A stretch of 64,000 nt of DNA from Nageia nagi (Eukaryota > Plantae > Pinophyta), in the NCBI GenBank assembly GCA_050084985.1, contig JBITNC010000001.1, forward strand, positions 76,074,001 to 76,138,000, in the 5' to 3' direction. Below, piece by piece: positions 15,325 to 29,445 of this stretch. How positions within the stretch are numbered: the stretch's first letter is position 1; every line of letters begins with the position of its first letter. The notes under the pieces were generated by a model. It ran no database searches, had not been told where the DNA came from, and saw only the letters and a program-made list of their open reading frames with translations. Both the position numbers and the translations under genes were made by a program.

Positions 15325-15860
15325 CTTTAGTAATAAAATGCTTATCTTTTGCAACATGATTCTTGTATTCAATAAAAAATTACTCCTCTTTAATAACAAG
15401 TCACTCTTCTTTAGTAACAAATCATCCAACTTTAGTAGCAACTCACTTGTTTATCAGTAAAAAGTCACTCATATTCAATAACAAGTTGCTCATATTTAGT
15501 AATAGGTCACTCATCTTCAGTAATAAGTTGCTTATCTTTAATAAAAAGTACTCATTTTCAATAATAAGTTGCCCATCTTTAGTAACAAGTCACTTGTCTA
15601 CAATAACAAGTCACACATCTTTAGTAACAAGACTTTGGTATTCAATAACAAGTTGATCATTTTCAATAATAAGTTGCTCATGTTTAGTAACAAGTTGCTT
15701 ATCAAAAGAATTAAGTTGCTTATATTCAGTAACAAGTTGTGTATGCTCATATTTAGGAACAAGTCACTAGTCTTCAGTAACAAGTAACTCATCTTCAGTA
15801 ACAAGTTGTGCATCTTTAGTAACAAGATGCTCATGTTCAGTAACAAGTCACTCATTTTCT
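15325..15860. repeat. ~21-bp minisatellite array within a ~1.1-kb insertion in the Gypsy RT
   Basis: Unit approx. TTTAGTAACAAGTCACTCATC, roughly 25 degenerate copies. It explains the heptad-like ORFs in the ORF track. Confidence 0.85.
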
Positions 15861-18360
15861 CTTCTTATAGTATTATATTCTTTTATTTTATATTTGTATT
15901 CTTTTTCTTAGAGAACTTAGGTTCAATAGGCAATTCACTAGAGAAAATTAAAAATATTTATAAAATATAGGCAATAAGATGCAAATTTGGTGGGGGGTAT
16001 ATTTGGCTAATTTATATAAGAAATACTTTAAAGTTATAAAATTTTGGCTAACTGACCAAGAAGAAAAAATAAACCTAAAAAAATTAGGCTACCTGGGCCT
16101 CATCCAATGAGCATAAAAATAGTAAATTAAAAATCTTTAAAAATATCTATTTTACGATAAATAACCACTATGTATTGCCTTGATGATATATATTCTTAGT
16201 GGTAAACTTATTTAACATATGATAATCTATGCATAACCTCATGGTGTCATCCTTTTTCTAGAAAAATAATATAGGGGCACCCCATGGAGACACACAAGGT
16301 TTAATAAGCCCTATGTACAATAATTTGTGTAACTACATTTTTACTTCTTGCATTTCACTGTGGTCATAATGTAGGGAACATTAGAAAGTGGTTAAGATCC
16401 ATAAATTAGCTTATGGAGAAATTAAACTCTCTTACTATAGGTATCCCTAGTATAAATCTTTAGGAAACACATATGGGTATTCCCTAAGGATAGGGTACTT
16501 TATCAATATCATCTTAGACTCAGATCCTTCTTTGAAATTTTCCTTAATCTTAATAACAAACAACTAGCACTATTTTTTTAATAACTTTTTAATTTGTATG
16601 GAAGAAATGGTTTTGAATTCAAAAGGTATTTTTTCTAGTAATTCTATCCTTATCCTAGATTGATACAACGAATCGAGACCTAGGATAACCTCATAGCCTG
16701 GAAAAGGTACCACATACATGGGTATTGTAATCTAGAAATCGGAATAGACACCTCTACACTAGGTAAGTACTAATTTACTTTCTTAATTTGACTAGAATAA
16801 AATTCAACATTCCAACCTTTATTTAAGATTTCAAGTTTAATGATAATTTAATCAAGAACATATGAAGAAATAACACTTTCAATGGTACCATAATCAATCA
16901 AAATGGAAATATTTTTACTGTATATCTTACCTTCAAATATGATAGAATTGGATTGAATATCTAGGGCCTATTGATTTAAGGTTGTATAGATCTTATGGTT
17001 TTTTCTATTCCAAAAGGATAGCCATCTCTCCTAGTGTAATCTCTAACATAATGGGACCCAGCAAAATGGTAACAATCTCCCCTTGGATGGGATGTCCTTT
17101 CTAGAGTAGGTTTACTTTTATTTCTCACAAGAGAATCCTAGCTTGGTTTCCTTCCATAATTACCCACAACTTTGTTAGGAGAAATCTTGTTATTATTATT
17201 GGTTGGCTAAGATGGTTCGTATTTTTTATTAGTAGTTTTTTCCCTATTTTCATACCTTACCACCATCGGTTTTGATCCTTGTTAGACTACCCTTGTCATT
17301 TCCCTCCTTCATTCTTCTTTTGAGAATTTTGAGCTATTTATAAGCCTCTCTATGAGTTACTAGATTGATCTCTTACCTTTAGGCCATTTCATAAGCTCTT
17401 TGGATAGTGGAGAGGTCAAACAGGTTGATGGAAATAATAATACAAGCACCTAGTCCAAACAAAAACTATTGAGTCTTATTAAACTCACTAGCTTTAATTT
17501 TTAGAATATATTTTAATAGTTGAGTAATTTTTTGATGGTATTATTCCATAAAAATATTTCCTTGGATTTACCAAGCATACTTAGCTCTTCTCTCAAAGAT
17601 AAATTGATTATTTAATAATATTCCTTTAAAGATCTTGAAATTAGCCTAATCAATATCAGAAGACTATTGATCATTGTCCTCTAATTAAGAACTCCACCAA
17701 TCAAAAGTTATTTTAGCTAAATTGATGCTATCATAAGAAGTTTGAGAGTAATTCCCACACCCTCTAATCATAAATTAAAATTTCAATTCTTATAACCACC
17801 CCTCAGCTTGGTGGACATTACTAGTGAAAATGTTATTACACACATGTTTCATATCCTTAGTCAAATTTGTCACCACTTGAGCCATTCTCTCCTTAATTGG
17901 TATAGTACAAACAATTATCTAGTTATCCCCATGTTGTAATCTTCATAGGTATTCCAAATATTCTTGTTGTTGTTGTTGTTACAATGGTTTTCTCATATCG
18001 ACCATACAAGCTTTCATGGAAGCAATAACAACATTTTTTGAACCTTTATCCTCATTTTGATCCTAGGTTTTAGCTTGGTTTTGCCTAGAATTTTCACTCT
18101 TCTCATCATTTTAATCAACATTTTGATATTTATTAGTATTATGAATTCCTTCCCTTTCAGCAACATGACCACCTCTGATTCCAACTCTAGGACCACCTCG
18201 AGGACTACCACATGGGACACCTCTTGGTTCATTATGTTTATTACCCATGGATATACCTCATATGTTATGTGTTTGAGGAGTCATAACTTTTATATTTAAT
18301 AACATGGTAATGGTTTAGACATCACAACATCATTAGGCCTAAATGAGGCTCTGACACTAA

Positions 18361-21300
18361 TGTAAAGAACCAAAACCACTCATGACTACTAGAAGAGGGA
18401 ATTTACAGAATTTTATTTATTTTTGCCTAAATGAATTATTTCAATTTAGAGTATTGCTATATATATGGGAAAATTTACCTTGTTTTGCATACATGATTAT
18501 TAGCATGATATATTTCTCCATGAAATGATCATTGCAAGATCCAAAATTTAGGTCTTTATGTTAGATGGAAAAAAGTGAGCTTGGATCCCATAACTACACT
18601 CATTAACATCCATGACCCTCAATTTTAAACTCCACATTTATATCATATGTGGATAATATTTTCCCTCTTACTAACCACCTAAGTCTCACCTAAAACTCTA
18701 TTTATATAAGGGGTTAAATACTTAACCTAGGCACATCATCCTAGATTAATGATAATAGTCCCCCATCAAGTCTTGATGATAGGACATATCAATTTATGAA
18801 GTAAGATCAATCTTGTTGATTAAACATAATAAAATAACTTTCCATCTAAATTGTTCTATTATACTTAAATAGATGATACCTTGATTTTCTCTAATATTTA
18901 CACCTAACTTAGTATCATAGTGATGCCTTCATAATCATCATATATACTAGCTATTTTTCTAGCTAGAGTTCACCTATAAATGGGGCAAAAGGAATATATT
19001 CCCCTACCTCATAATATCCCATAATTATTTCAAACCTATATCCTCTATAAAAAGCTATAGATGCATCTACCTAATGAACTTTGAAAACCCATCCTAGATC
19101 CCACTGCTAAATGTTTAAACAATACATGTTGTTTAATTTAGGCCATACAAATTTAATTATCAATGATAATAACCTTCTACACACATTGCCAACAAGGGTA
19201 AAAATAGCTACAAAATTATCAAGCAATTATTAACAATCTCATTTGTTATAACCTATCTATTTAAATAGAATAAATAACCATATTAAGTGATAACCTATTT
19301 AAACAACATATATACATAAAAGTTTTCATCTTTCATAAGTTTTAGTCCTGATAATAGAATTCACCAATTAAGTATAATAGTCCACAAGTTTGTTTATAAA
19401 TATATAAAATAGATCCATTAGGATAGTTTTCATATCATATTTTCAAATAGGACCCTACATGCCATTTTCATTATTTACAACATTGTATTTCTAGATTCCT
19501 ACATTTTATTAATAATTAACTTCCAAAGATATACATTTGGACTCAAAATTTTACAAAATTAATATATAATTACATGTATCAAATAGGCCTAACAAAAAAT
19601 AGATCAATCTCAACTACAAAATAATACTAAGGTTAATCATCCACAATAGTTCCTTTTGTGCCAACTTGTGCTCCAAATCAAATTCACATAGGAGTGATAT
19701 GTAGACATCTTAGTAGGGAATTCCTTTTCTTAAGAAATTAAATATTGCTTAAGAGAATTGATCCTATTAACCATAATAATAACAAAGTAGTATCCATTCA
19801 ATAATGCAACAATAAAAAGCTTATTCAAATGCAGTAAGAGAATAATATAAAACTACAATCAGCCTCTAATTTAAGTATGACCAAGGTTGGTCACTCTCAA
19901 CCTTGACCTGATCACCCATAGGAATATTAAAATCATATCAACACCAATAATGGTGTAGTCACAATTTAGATGTAGGTAAGAAAAGAAAGTTTTTAATTAA
20001 GGTTTAGATTTAGGTTCACATTTAGAGTTAGGTTTAGTTTTCTAGCCTCACTAGGAGGATTTGAACCCTCATTATCCATAGGGATATTTTAGGACAACAA
20101 ATGAGCCTAGGGTTTTACCTCTTTAGAATCACCTCAAGGTCATGTAACCATGATAATGAAATAGGGTGAGCTTGACATCAAAATGCAATGTAGATGTAAA
20201 GGAATGGAACCTATTTTAATCCATTCAACCATGAAAACAAAATCCTAAAATAGAAACCCAGTATTCTCCTACAAGCAAACCATTTTAACATTTCAAAATA
20301 ACATAGTATCTCTCCCATAATTTTTATATAAAATCCCATAATGAAATCCCCTATTTATTTTACCACCACAATGCAATATTAACCATAAAATAATGACATA
20401 ATAATATTATAGTGATAACATTATGAAACAATAATCAAACATCCCCTAAACCCTTTTTATTTTCCTTCTAAATCAACACATTAAGCAAACCCTAATGCCT
20501 AGAAAAGGAATAAACCTTACTAGGTCTATAAGGATGATGAATTGATGCTCTTATGCTTGGTAGTTTCTAAATAAGATAAAATACTCATTTTGATGGTGTT
20601 CCAATGAAATGTACTAGTATATGATTATGTTACATGTATTTCTCCTACCCATTTTCATGTAGATAAAATTCAAAGTGCATAAAGACAACTTTGAAATGCA
20701 CTCCCTCATTCCCGATCACTATTGAACCAAATGACAAAGCATGGAATAGCTACTGTGAGCTAGAGGAGTTTTGGAATAAATTTCCTCAAGGAAATATATC
20801 AAAATTGAGCGATAATTAAGTTGACATAGGGGGTAATATCCCATGATTAAACCTCTCTCCTCCATGTACTATCAAATTTGAATCTCATGCGATCGAACAA
20901 CTTGATAAGATTGGTAAAAAACTTTCCAATTCCCTCTAGCTTGACTCATGATATGTAGTTAGGATTTCCAACGGAATGTTCTAGGGTTTCAAATGATAAT
21001 TGTAATATTCTTTTATTTTCAACATAGAATGTTTAATTTTTAGGATATAATGTTTAGAATTTGAAAAATAACATTGGTTAGGTAGGCGTTAGGGGATTGG
21101 GTAGGTAATTAGGTTTTAGACATAGGTTTTCAATTTAATTCACCACTAACATAATATAATACTAACATTTAGATTAGTTTACTATCCAATTAGATTAGTG
21201 TGCTAATCCTTAGGTTAAGTTAGTAACTCCTTAGGTTATTTTGCTAAATCTTGATATTATAAAATCCCATGATAACATAATGAAATAACATAGAGGGGTA

Positions 21301-21587
21301 ATAATATTATAAACCTTATTTGGATGGATTAAAAGTTTGGTCCTTGCCCAAACTCATAATCCTTAAGCCTTCTCTAGGATTACATGAATACACCTTGTCA
21401 AAGTTCATTTGATCCTACAGAATGGGAGTTTAAACATGATATGACATAGTGTAACATGAATATGAGTAGATTATAGAACATAATAAAGCCTACATTTATC
21501 TTTATTTTCGTAATGAAATTTTCCACATAGTAATTAAAAGTAAAACCATCACAAGGGTTTCAACCTTTGGAGGGGTGGTCCATCACA
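18361..21587 (-). repeat. 5' LTR of the chromovirus-type element (~3.2 kb)
   Basis: TG...CA ends, adjacent to the PBS, homologous to 3957-8069. Confidence 0.85.
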
Positions 21588-23789
21588 CATCTAACACTTA
21601 TCATATTTCTTACCATGAATAATACAATATTTTTCTTTATATGGAAAATAAGAACCCAATCTTAGAAGCTTATGAAATATAGCCTTAACATTAAAGTGTC
21701 CTCCACTTATATGAGCATGCACTTGCTCCATAGTCTTTCTAGTTTCTTCTTCAGTCAAACATCTAGAAGCAATGTTCCATCAAAATATCTTTTATAAATA
21801 ATATTAATAATAATGACATACCTTGTTGTTGATATCAAATAAGAAGCATTAGCTATGGCATCAATAAATTTGTTACTATTTCATGGAATATTCTCAAATT
21901 GATCCTTTGCAAAGCACCTTTCAACCATCTTTGTCACCATGTCTTTGTAAGGTTGTAGTTTTAAATCCTTTTTATTAAAAACCTTATTTATTGAAATGAT
22001 AAAACTTTGTGAATCACTATAAAATTGCAGATTCTTGACATTAAAATTAATAGCAACCTTCAAACTGAAAACTAAAGCCTCATACTTAGCCATAGTGTTA
22101 GTGCAATCAAAATTCAATGTGTAAGCTACTGCAATAATGCCATGATACCAATACAATAACTACCTTGGACCCTTTTAGACATTTGGAACCATCTAAATAA
22201 AGTTTCCATTTTTCCTCATCTTCTTCTTCAACCCATGCCATAAGCTCATCTTGAAACTATTCTTACTTGAATTAGAATTTCCACATGGTACCTCAACCAA
22301 CATATCAGCAATAACCTATCCCTTAATTTCCCTTTGAAGTATATAAATGAGATCAAATTCCTATAATGCATTATCCATTTGGCATGTATTCCTTGCAATT
22401 GAGATTTAGAGAGTAAATACCTCAATGGATCAACTTCAACTACTACATAAGTAGTATCGGTGATCATATAATGTCTTAATTTCTCAATAGTATAGATAAT
22501 GGTAAAACATAACTTTTCAATTGGAGTATATCTAACTTCATTATCAGCAATGTTTTAGACAAATAATACACAACCCTTGCTTAACCTTCCTCATCAATTT
22601 ACACCAAAAAAGTCCCTAAAGCATGATTTATAGTTGAAATGTATAAATATAAAGGTTTTTCATGATCAACAGGTTGAAAATAAGAGGATTGAGTAAGTGC
22701 CTTTTGATATCATGAAATGCTTTTTGATATTCTTCTGTACAAAGATATTTATTTCCTTTTTTGAGAAAATGATAGAAATGAGCTATCCTATCTACTAACT
22801 GAGCTATAAATCTTTTGATTGCTTGCACTTTCCCTTACATTGATATTCATGGTAGGAGACACATCCATGATAGCTTTGACCTTCTTAGTATCAATCTTAT
22901 TTCCTCTTCTAGAAATAATATACCCCAAACATTTGCCACTTTACACTCAAAAAACAAACTTCTTAGGATTAAGATTCAAATTATATGTTCTCGGTATTTT
23001 AAAGATAACTCTTGAATCATCTAAATGATCCTTTTTTTAATAGATTTAACAATAATATCATTAATATACACCTTAATAGACTTATGAATCATATCATGAA
23101 ACATAGTTACCATTGCTCTTTGATATGTGGCTCTTGCATTATTGAGGCTAAAGGGCATGACTAACCAACAAAAGGTGCCCAGAGGAATGGTGAAGGCGAT
23201 CTTGTGTTGATCCTCCTTATTGATCCATATCTAGTTATAACCTATAATCCCATCCATAAAAGATAATATTTCATAATCTATAATATAATATATAGTCACA
23301 TGTCAATGTGTAGTAATGGGAAATTATCCTTAGGGAAAGCCTTATTCAAATCCTTGAAATTTGTACAACATCTAATTTCTCCATTTGGTTTCATAGAAGG
23401 GACAATATTAGACAACCAAGGTGAGTAATCAATAAGTTCAATAAAACCAACCTTGTGATACTTGTTGATTTCCTTAATTACTAATAAAGCATGTTTAGAA
23501 TACACAATCCTTATTTGCTACTTTACAAGTTTAGCATCTTCATGAACAACCATATTATGAGTTACAAAGGTAGGATCCAATTCATTCATATCACCATATT
23601 ACCAAGAAAACATATCACTAAAATCCTTGAGAAAATTTTGATATATGATTTTTTCATCACCAATAATTCCATTTCCAATCTAAACAATTTGGGGTACCTC
23701 CTTAGTACCAATGTCTATCTAAGTTGGGAGTTCATTCAACCAAGGTATCTCATCAATAATTTGAGAAAGATCAGGTAATACCCCCAGTA

Positions 23790-26755
23790 TTGCTATGGTA
23801 TAAGATACACCAACATTCACAAACAACAATACACACACATATCCCTAACTACCTAGCCTACTCTTATTTGAGCAAGATGAAAGTATGATAGTGTAGCAGG
23901 GATAAAATAGCTATATCATCCACCTCTTATCCAAAATAAGCATGAAAATAGAATGTTATTTTTCCTTTCCTATTAGGATAAAACCTTTTGAACTTAGTTC
24001 ATGCCCCCAGCATATGTACAAGCGTATCATCTATTTCAAATACATCCATAAATCTTGAAATTATCTTATGAAGTAAGGGGTAATAGGAATCATGTTTTTC
24101 CATACTAGCAAGGATGTTGATGGTAACATTAACACTTCCTATAATATTGGTGCACCTCCTTCTACACAAAGTAGCCTTCTTTGGTGGTGAAGGTGTCAAC
24201 TCAATCATATTCACTATCTTCTCTTCTAATTTTAATCTAATTTTATACCTGAGTTATAGTAACTGCTAGCTAAAATTGATGACTCCTTATTATTCTTTAC
24301 TCTAATTCCTCTCTTTCTTGTATTTGAATTGAATATTTTTGGAGGTAATTATTTGATTTCTTGTTCAATTTTTCCAATTCCTTAACATTTATATCACCTT
24401 GATTCCATGTATTATGGGATCAATGGTGCATGATATTGCATAGCTCTAGCTCTCTTGTTTACTTTTGCATAAGTCCTCACCAGTTTAACTTCCTCATCAC
24501 TTTTTATAACAAATTCTAATGTATATAGTTCATTCAATATCTCTTGTAATTTCATCATCAAACTAAGTATGAAAATGATAACATTTATGGAAAGAAAGAT
24601 AATCCAAGTGCTACTCTTATGAATTTGAGTGCGAGCACTGGTGCCTATGTGAATGTTGATGGCAATATGAATGCTTCCATCTTTATGAGGTATTGGAATT
24701 TATAAAAAAATTAATATCATATTGGATCATGTTTTGACTAATTTCATAGGTACCAACACCTATTTCCTTATACAATTGCATCTTGCCATCATATTTAGTT
24801 TCATCTTCTACTAAATCATCTTGTATATCAATCTCACTATAAGGGATGAGAAACAATTATGATTATTATTAACATGCTTGTAATATCATCTATAACCTTA
24901 ATGAAATACTCCTTTTCTTTCTTATAATTTTGAAGTCACCATACTCCACAAGAATGGTGAATAGTATGAATATGCTTTGATACCAATTGAATGTTTTAAA
25001 GGCATGAGGCTCCAATCTTTGATACCAAATGAAGAATTGATATTCTTGGACACAAAGCACTAATACAAATTGAAGAAAAAAGTTGGTTAAAATATGAATC
25101 TAATCTTATAGTTGGATAGAGGATGAAAATACCTTTCCAATGGTTACTCACACACCTAAAATGAATTTCTTTCAAAAAGTTAATTTGAAGTTTCTAGATA
25201 GAAAATAACTTTGTTGGACCTCAAAAAAAGTGCAAAATGAAAATGTCAAAGTTTTGGGAGTTTTGGTCGACTACTAATTTTCGTAACTCCAAAAAAGTAA
25301 AAAAGAAAGAACTAAATCTATCATAGTTTTTCTGAGTTTTGAGCACTTGAACTCCAATGGATTTTCAAGAAAGTTGAAATTTCTAAGAAAATTGAAAATT
25401 CTAGAAAAATTTGATTGGTTTCTAGGGTCGACTTTGGAGGGTTGTAACTTTTCCAAATCTTAACCAAAAATAGCACTATAATATATCAAAATGATTAGCG
25501 TGAATTTACCTATCCTAAGGTGAAGTTATGGGAAAATTTTAAGTAGAGAGGAAGGGCTAAAAATGAGCTACACAAAAATGATTCTACAAAGCTTAAGAGC
25601 AAGACTATGTAAATGTAAGTCTAGAGATTATAGTTTTTGAGTGTGTTCCACAAACAAAGTATGGCATGTTATATATGGAAGAAAAGGTGCTGAAACCAAG
25701 AATACAAAACAAAAGGATCATATGAAAATAATTTCTATAATAAAATATATAACCTTTGGAAGTAAACTAATCTTGTACAAAGGCAGTTTGGGACAATTGT
25801 GAATAATTCTAAATCCATTGCTCAAAATGGGAAACAAACAACTACCCATATAATTAAAATGAACCAAAATAGTAAATATAACTATAAAAGAGACTCATAT
25901 CAATCCTAAAAATATATATAAGTATTTTCTCATACATGTAGGCCTAGAAATGGAAAACACACTATACAACCACAAAGAAATGGAAGCTGCATGAATATAC
26001 ACCATGATATGAATCAAATATTCTCTGTATTAACTAAAATAAATATTGTAAATGTCATTTAATAGATTACATGCTACAAGCTTTCACATACAAAAGTGAT
26101 GGTTCAATGTAACAAAGACACCCATCATCATCGTGCATAGACAAAGTATGATGGTTTTCATACTACTTAAGGACTAGGGTAGCCACCATGAAAAGTGGAG
26201 ATAAGAGCTCTCACATTTCTACTTATGTACAAGGAAAACCACCATAAACTCCTTAATTCAAGGCTATAAAACTATACAAAGTGATTCCATTAGGGCACTC
26301 ATGGTTTGTTACAACAGAAGGAGGCAAAAACCACTCTACTTAAGGACAAGGTAGTTATAGGGCTGCTAGATCTCTCTCTCAGTTCTCTTTCTTCTCTACA
26401 ATGAAAACAAGTAGAGGAGGCTAAGGCATCGAGGAGTTACAATTGAAATAGTATGATGTTGTAGCTGCAAAGACTCTTATAAGACTAAAGTTGAATTAGC
26501 CTTATATAAAGGTGGAGGCTCTATGAATCCAGTCAAGGTGTGATGAAGTAGCTTGCTGGAGTTGTTGGAGGGGTAATGGTACTTGTTGACTAAATTGATC
26601 AAGGTGATGGAGCATCATTGAAGAAGTAAGGACACATCAAAATGGAGTAAAAGAGAGTACTATAGGCAATGGAGTATTGCAATGGCAAAGGATGGTACAT
26701 GATGCTTATCCACTAAAGAAATCAAATAAATAAAATATGAGTAGATGTTGCACAA
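23790..26755 (-). mobile_element. Probable truncated Copia-like insertion (LTR-like block, PBS, gag remnant)
   Basis: Separates the Ogre protease from RT. Met-type PBS complements (G)CTTTGATACCA at ~24974 and ~25017, with degraded gag-like sequence to their left. Boundaries approximate. Confidence 0.45.
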
Positions 26756-28804
26756 GGAAAAGTCAATGGGAGACATAAATGTCTCATCCAATATATAATG
26801 CTACAAGTTGTAATATGGAAGGGCTTCCAGCCAAATTTTTAATAATCCTCCACATACAAAGGTTGCGAATAAAATCCCACAACCCAATAATTACAATATT
26901 AAGAAAATTAAATTTCAACAACCTATACAAAGTAGATGATATGCACCTCATTAAATGGATCCATGGTCTACTAAGAAGAATGTTATAAGGCAACTTCTTA
27001 TCAAGGACATATGTATTTATTTCCATTATCCTTAGTCCCAATTAAACAAGAATGAAATTTTTTTGTATTATCAAAGCCTTTGATCTTGTACCTTTTTCTT
27101 TGTAATCAACTCATTAACTTCTCTCCAAAATTCTATAAAAATTATAGAGAACATAAGTTCAATCTTATTCCATCATCAACTAATGCATATTTTATTTTCT
27201 TCCCCATGATCTTGATATGTATGTGCATAGCTAAATGATTGTCAATAATCTCTTGACTAGGAATCTCATCATCATTGAAAGATAACATTTATTTAAAACA
27301 ATCAACCATTCTTTCCAATGCACTTATTAAAATGTTTGTATCAACATCTATACTACTTAGAAGCTAAAATAAAGCTATTTTATGTTCTTTAGATGTTTCA
27401 AACAACTCAAGAAAACTAATCTTAGCATTAGTATTTTCAAATTTAAATGACATTTTTCTTTTTTTCTTTTCCTTAGTTCAAAGAGAAGATGTAGAAGGTA
27501 ACTCTTTTGCAACACAAATGGGATTAGGAATACCTTTCTTACTTTGTTTTGCAATATTTTATACCTTTTTTCTTTTCTAACTTTGAATCTGAATTTGATT
27601 TTGAATCTTCACTTCATTCACCATCAAACCTTATTAATTCACCATTATCATCATAAATAATCATATTCACACATATTGACTGTGGGAAGTTCTTGATCTT
27701 TAAATTTTATTATATCATTTTCATATGATACAATTCCATTATCCACAAGCCATTTTAGTACTTTTCTCATTGCATAACAAATTGATGTATGATATCCCTT
27801 AACTGGATGATATCTACAGAATGAACTCTCTTTATACCAATGCGGTTTATCTTCATTAGGACCATATTCTTTTCCTTGAGTTCACTTGATAAGATCTTTT
27901 TTAAGACAATCTTCTAAAATTTATTTGGTTGCATGGGAAATTGATGCTTATCTTTTACACTTTTATATTTCCTTTCTTCATCTTGAGTTGTAGATTCAAC
28001 TACATTAATAGAAGTATCATCTTTGTTTTTATATGACTTTCTACCATTATTGTTTATGGAAAAGGATATGTACTTGTAATGGATCAAATTTTTGAACCTT
28101 GTTATTTTTATTTGTAAGTATTTGAAATTAAATAAAATATTTGAAAAAAATATTATTCACTTGTGTTGAGTAGAAGTAAATAGTATTTAGGTATTGTATT
28201 ATATAAATCTATATTATTTTATTTTCTATATTAATGAAGGAATCATTGATATAGACATCGTATGATGATGATTTCATAAGATGATTTTGGATGAATCCAT
28301 ATTTTATTAATGTGTGCTTTAAAGCATGTGTGATATTTGTGTGCATCGTATATGATCTATTGATTATTTGTCCTAGATGTTTGTCTTTATGAAACTAGCA
28401 TTACATAAATGTGTTAACAAATAAAAATGCATCTCATTGAAGAGTTGATTTTGATCCCAATAACTTGCTTATTTTCTTAATAAATGTTTTTATTGATTTA
28501 ATTTAAAATCCATATTAACTTTATAAAACATAGCAATACTTGTAATTAAATTTTTAATATTAAATATTATTTGATAACAACATATCATATATTCTTTTTA
28601 CAAAAATCAAATTAAAAATCTAAATTTAACTTGTAAAATTTATGAAATATGTTGGAGGTCAATGGTGTCAAATCTATACCACCTCACCATGTTTACAATA
28701 CCTTACAATGTGCATGGCCTATTTTCAATTGCGAGCCCCCCCTTCTGGAGTGGACACCATATTGTACGATAGTGGGTAAAAGTGCATGTAAATAATAATT
28801 TATA

Positions 28805-29200
28805 TTGTCACTTCACTGCCTCCTCTACTTGTTTTCGATGGTATACATGCATGCAAAATATGGAAATGTTGAGAAGCCATACGAATTGTTTGAGCATGAC
28901 GTAAACACGGTTTCTTTGCATAATAATGATTTCAAGATATGTACCAAACGGATACATCAAATAGCCCTGCAATCTCATGGCTACAATAATCACAGTTAAG
29001 CACAAAATAGATAATATTAAAAGGGCCTATAAATTGTTTGATAAACATCATATAGTTGTAGTATTCATAAGTTATGCCCAAAAAAAATTCAACAAAAGGG
29101 TTTGTAAAGTTTTTGATAAAATACCAATTCGAAATACAGTTCTATGAGATACAAATACTTTTAAGAAAATGCAGTTGTTATATGTGAAGTCAAATTATCA
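28805..29200 (+). pseudogene. Degraded PLS-class pentatricopeptide-repeat (PPR) gene fragments
   Basis: Translations VYMHAKYGNVEKPYELF and DNIKRAYKLFDK resemble the motif DMYAKCGxIExAxxLFD; frames are broken. Confidence 0.6.
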
Positions 29201-29445
29201 TCTATTCACAGCAAGCAACAACATACTAGCATATTAAATTCATAGAAAGGAACCTAGTTTATATGCAGATTAGCTTGAGAACACCAACATTTCTCTAATT
29301 TGTTCTTCCTTGGGTTGTTATCCTTCAAAATTATGTGCCAAGTAGACCATCCCCTTCCATTAAATTTTCTTCCCCTTTTTATCCTTATCCCACCACAAGA
29401 TTTGGAAGAAAACAACGGACGTTAAGGATTGAATCTGTTTCCACG

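Larger units (their letters stand above)
3957..21587 (-). mobile_element. Degenerate chromovirus-type (Tekay/Del-like) Ty3/Gypsy element with two long LTRs
   Basis: LTRs 3957-8069 and 18361-21587 both start TGTAAAGAACCAAAACCAC and end CCATCA(T/C)A. Met-tRNA-type PBS (GCTCTGACACTA, 18348-18359) and PPT-like TTCACCCTCGCT after 8069. Gag, protease, RT, RNase H and integrase remnants (HNAFYVSLLKKY) plus a chromodomain-like tail at ~8110-8250. Confidence 0.85.
600..28070 (-). mobile_element. Degenerate Ogre/Tat-type Ty3/Gypsy internal region, interrupted by later insertions
   Basis: Minus-strand fragments: gag Zn-knuckle (~27800), protease YNILLSRPWIH (26784-27041), RT PWLSNIVP...AFPKDNFPL (23296-23505), RNase H (22246-22800), second RNase H CTNTMAKYEAL (21881-22156), integrase SPWPFYIWDL (3775-3956) continuing to ~2230. 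Many stops and frameshifts. Confidence 0.8.

Noticed and set aside
15363-15855. ORFs with leucine-rich heptad periodicity; CRISPR-like look
   Set aside because: These are translations of a 21-bp minisatellite with no unique spacers, in a eukaryotic context.
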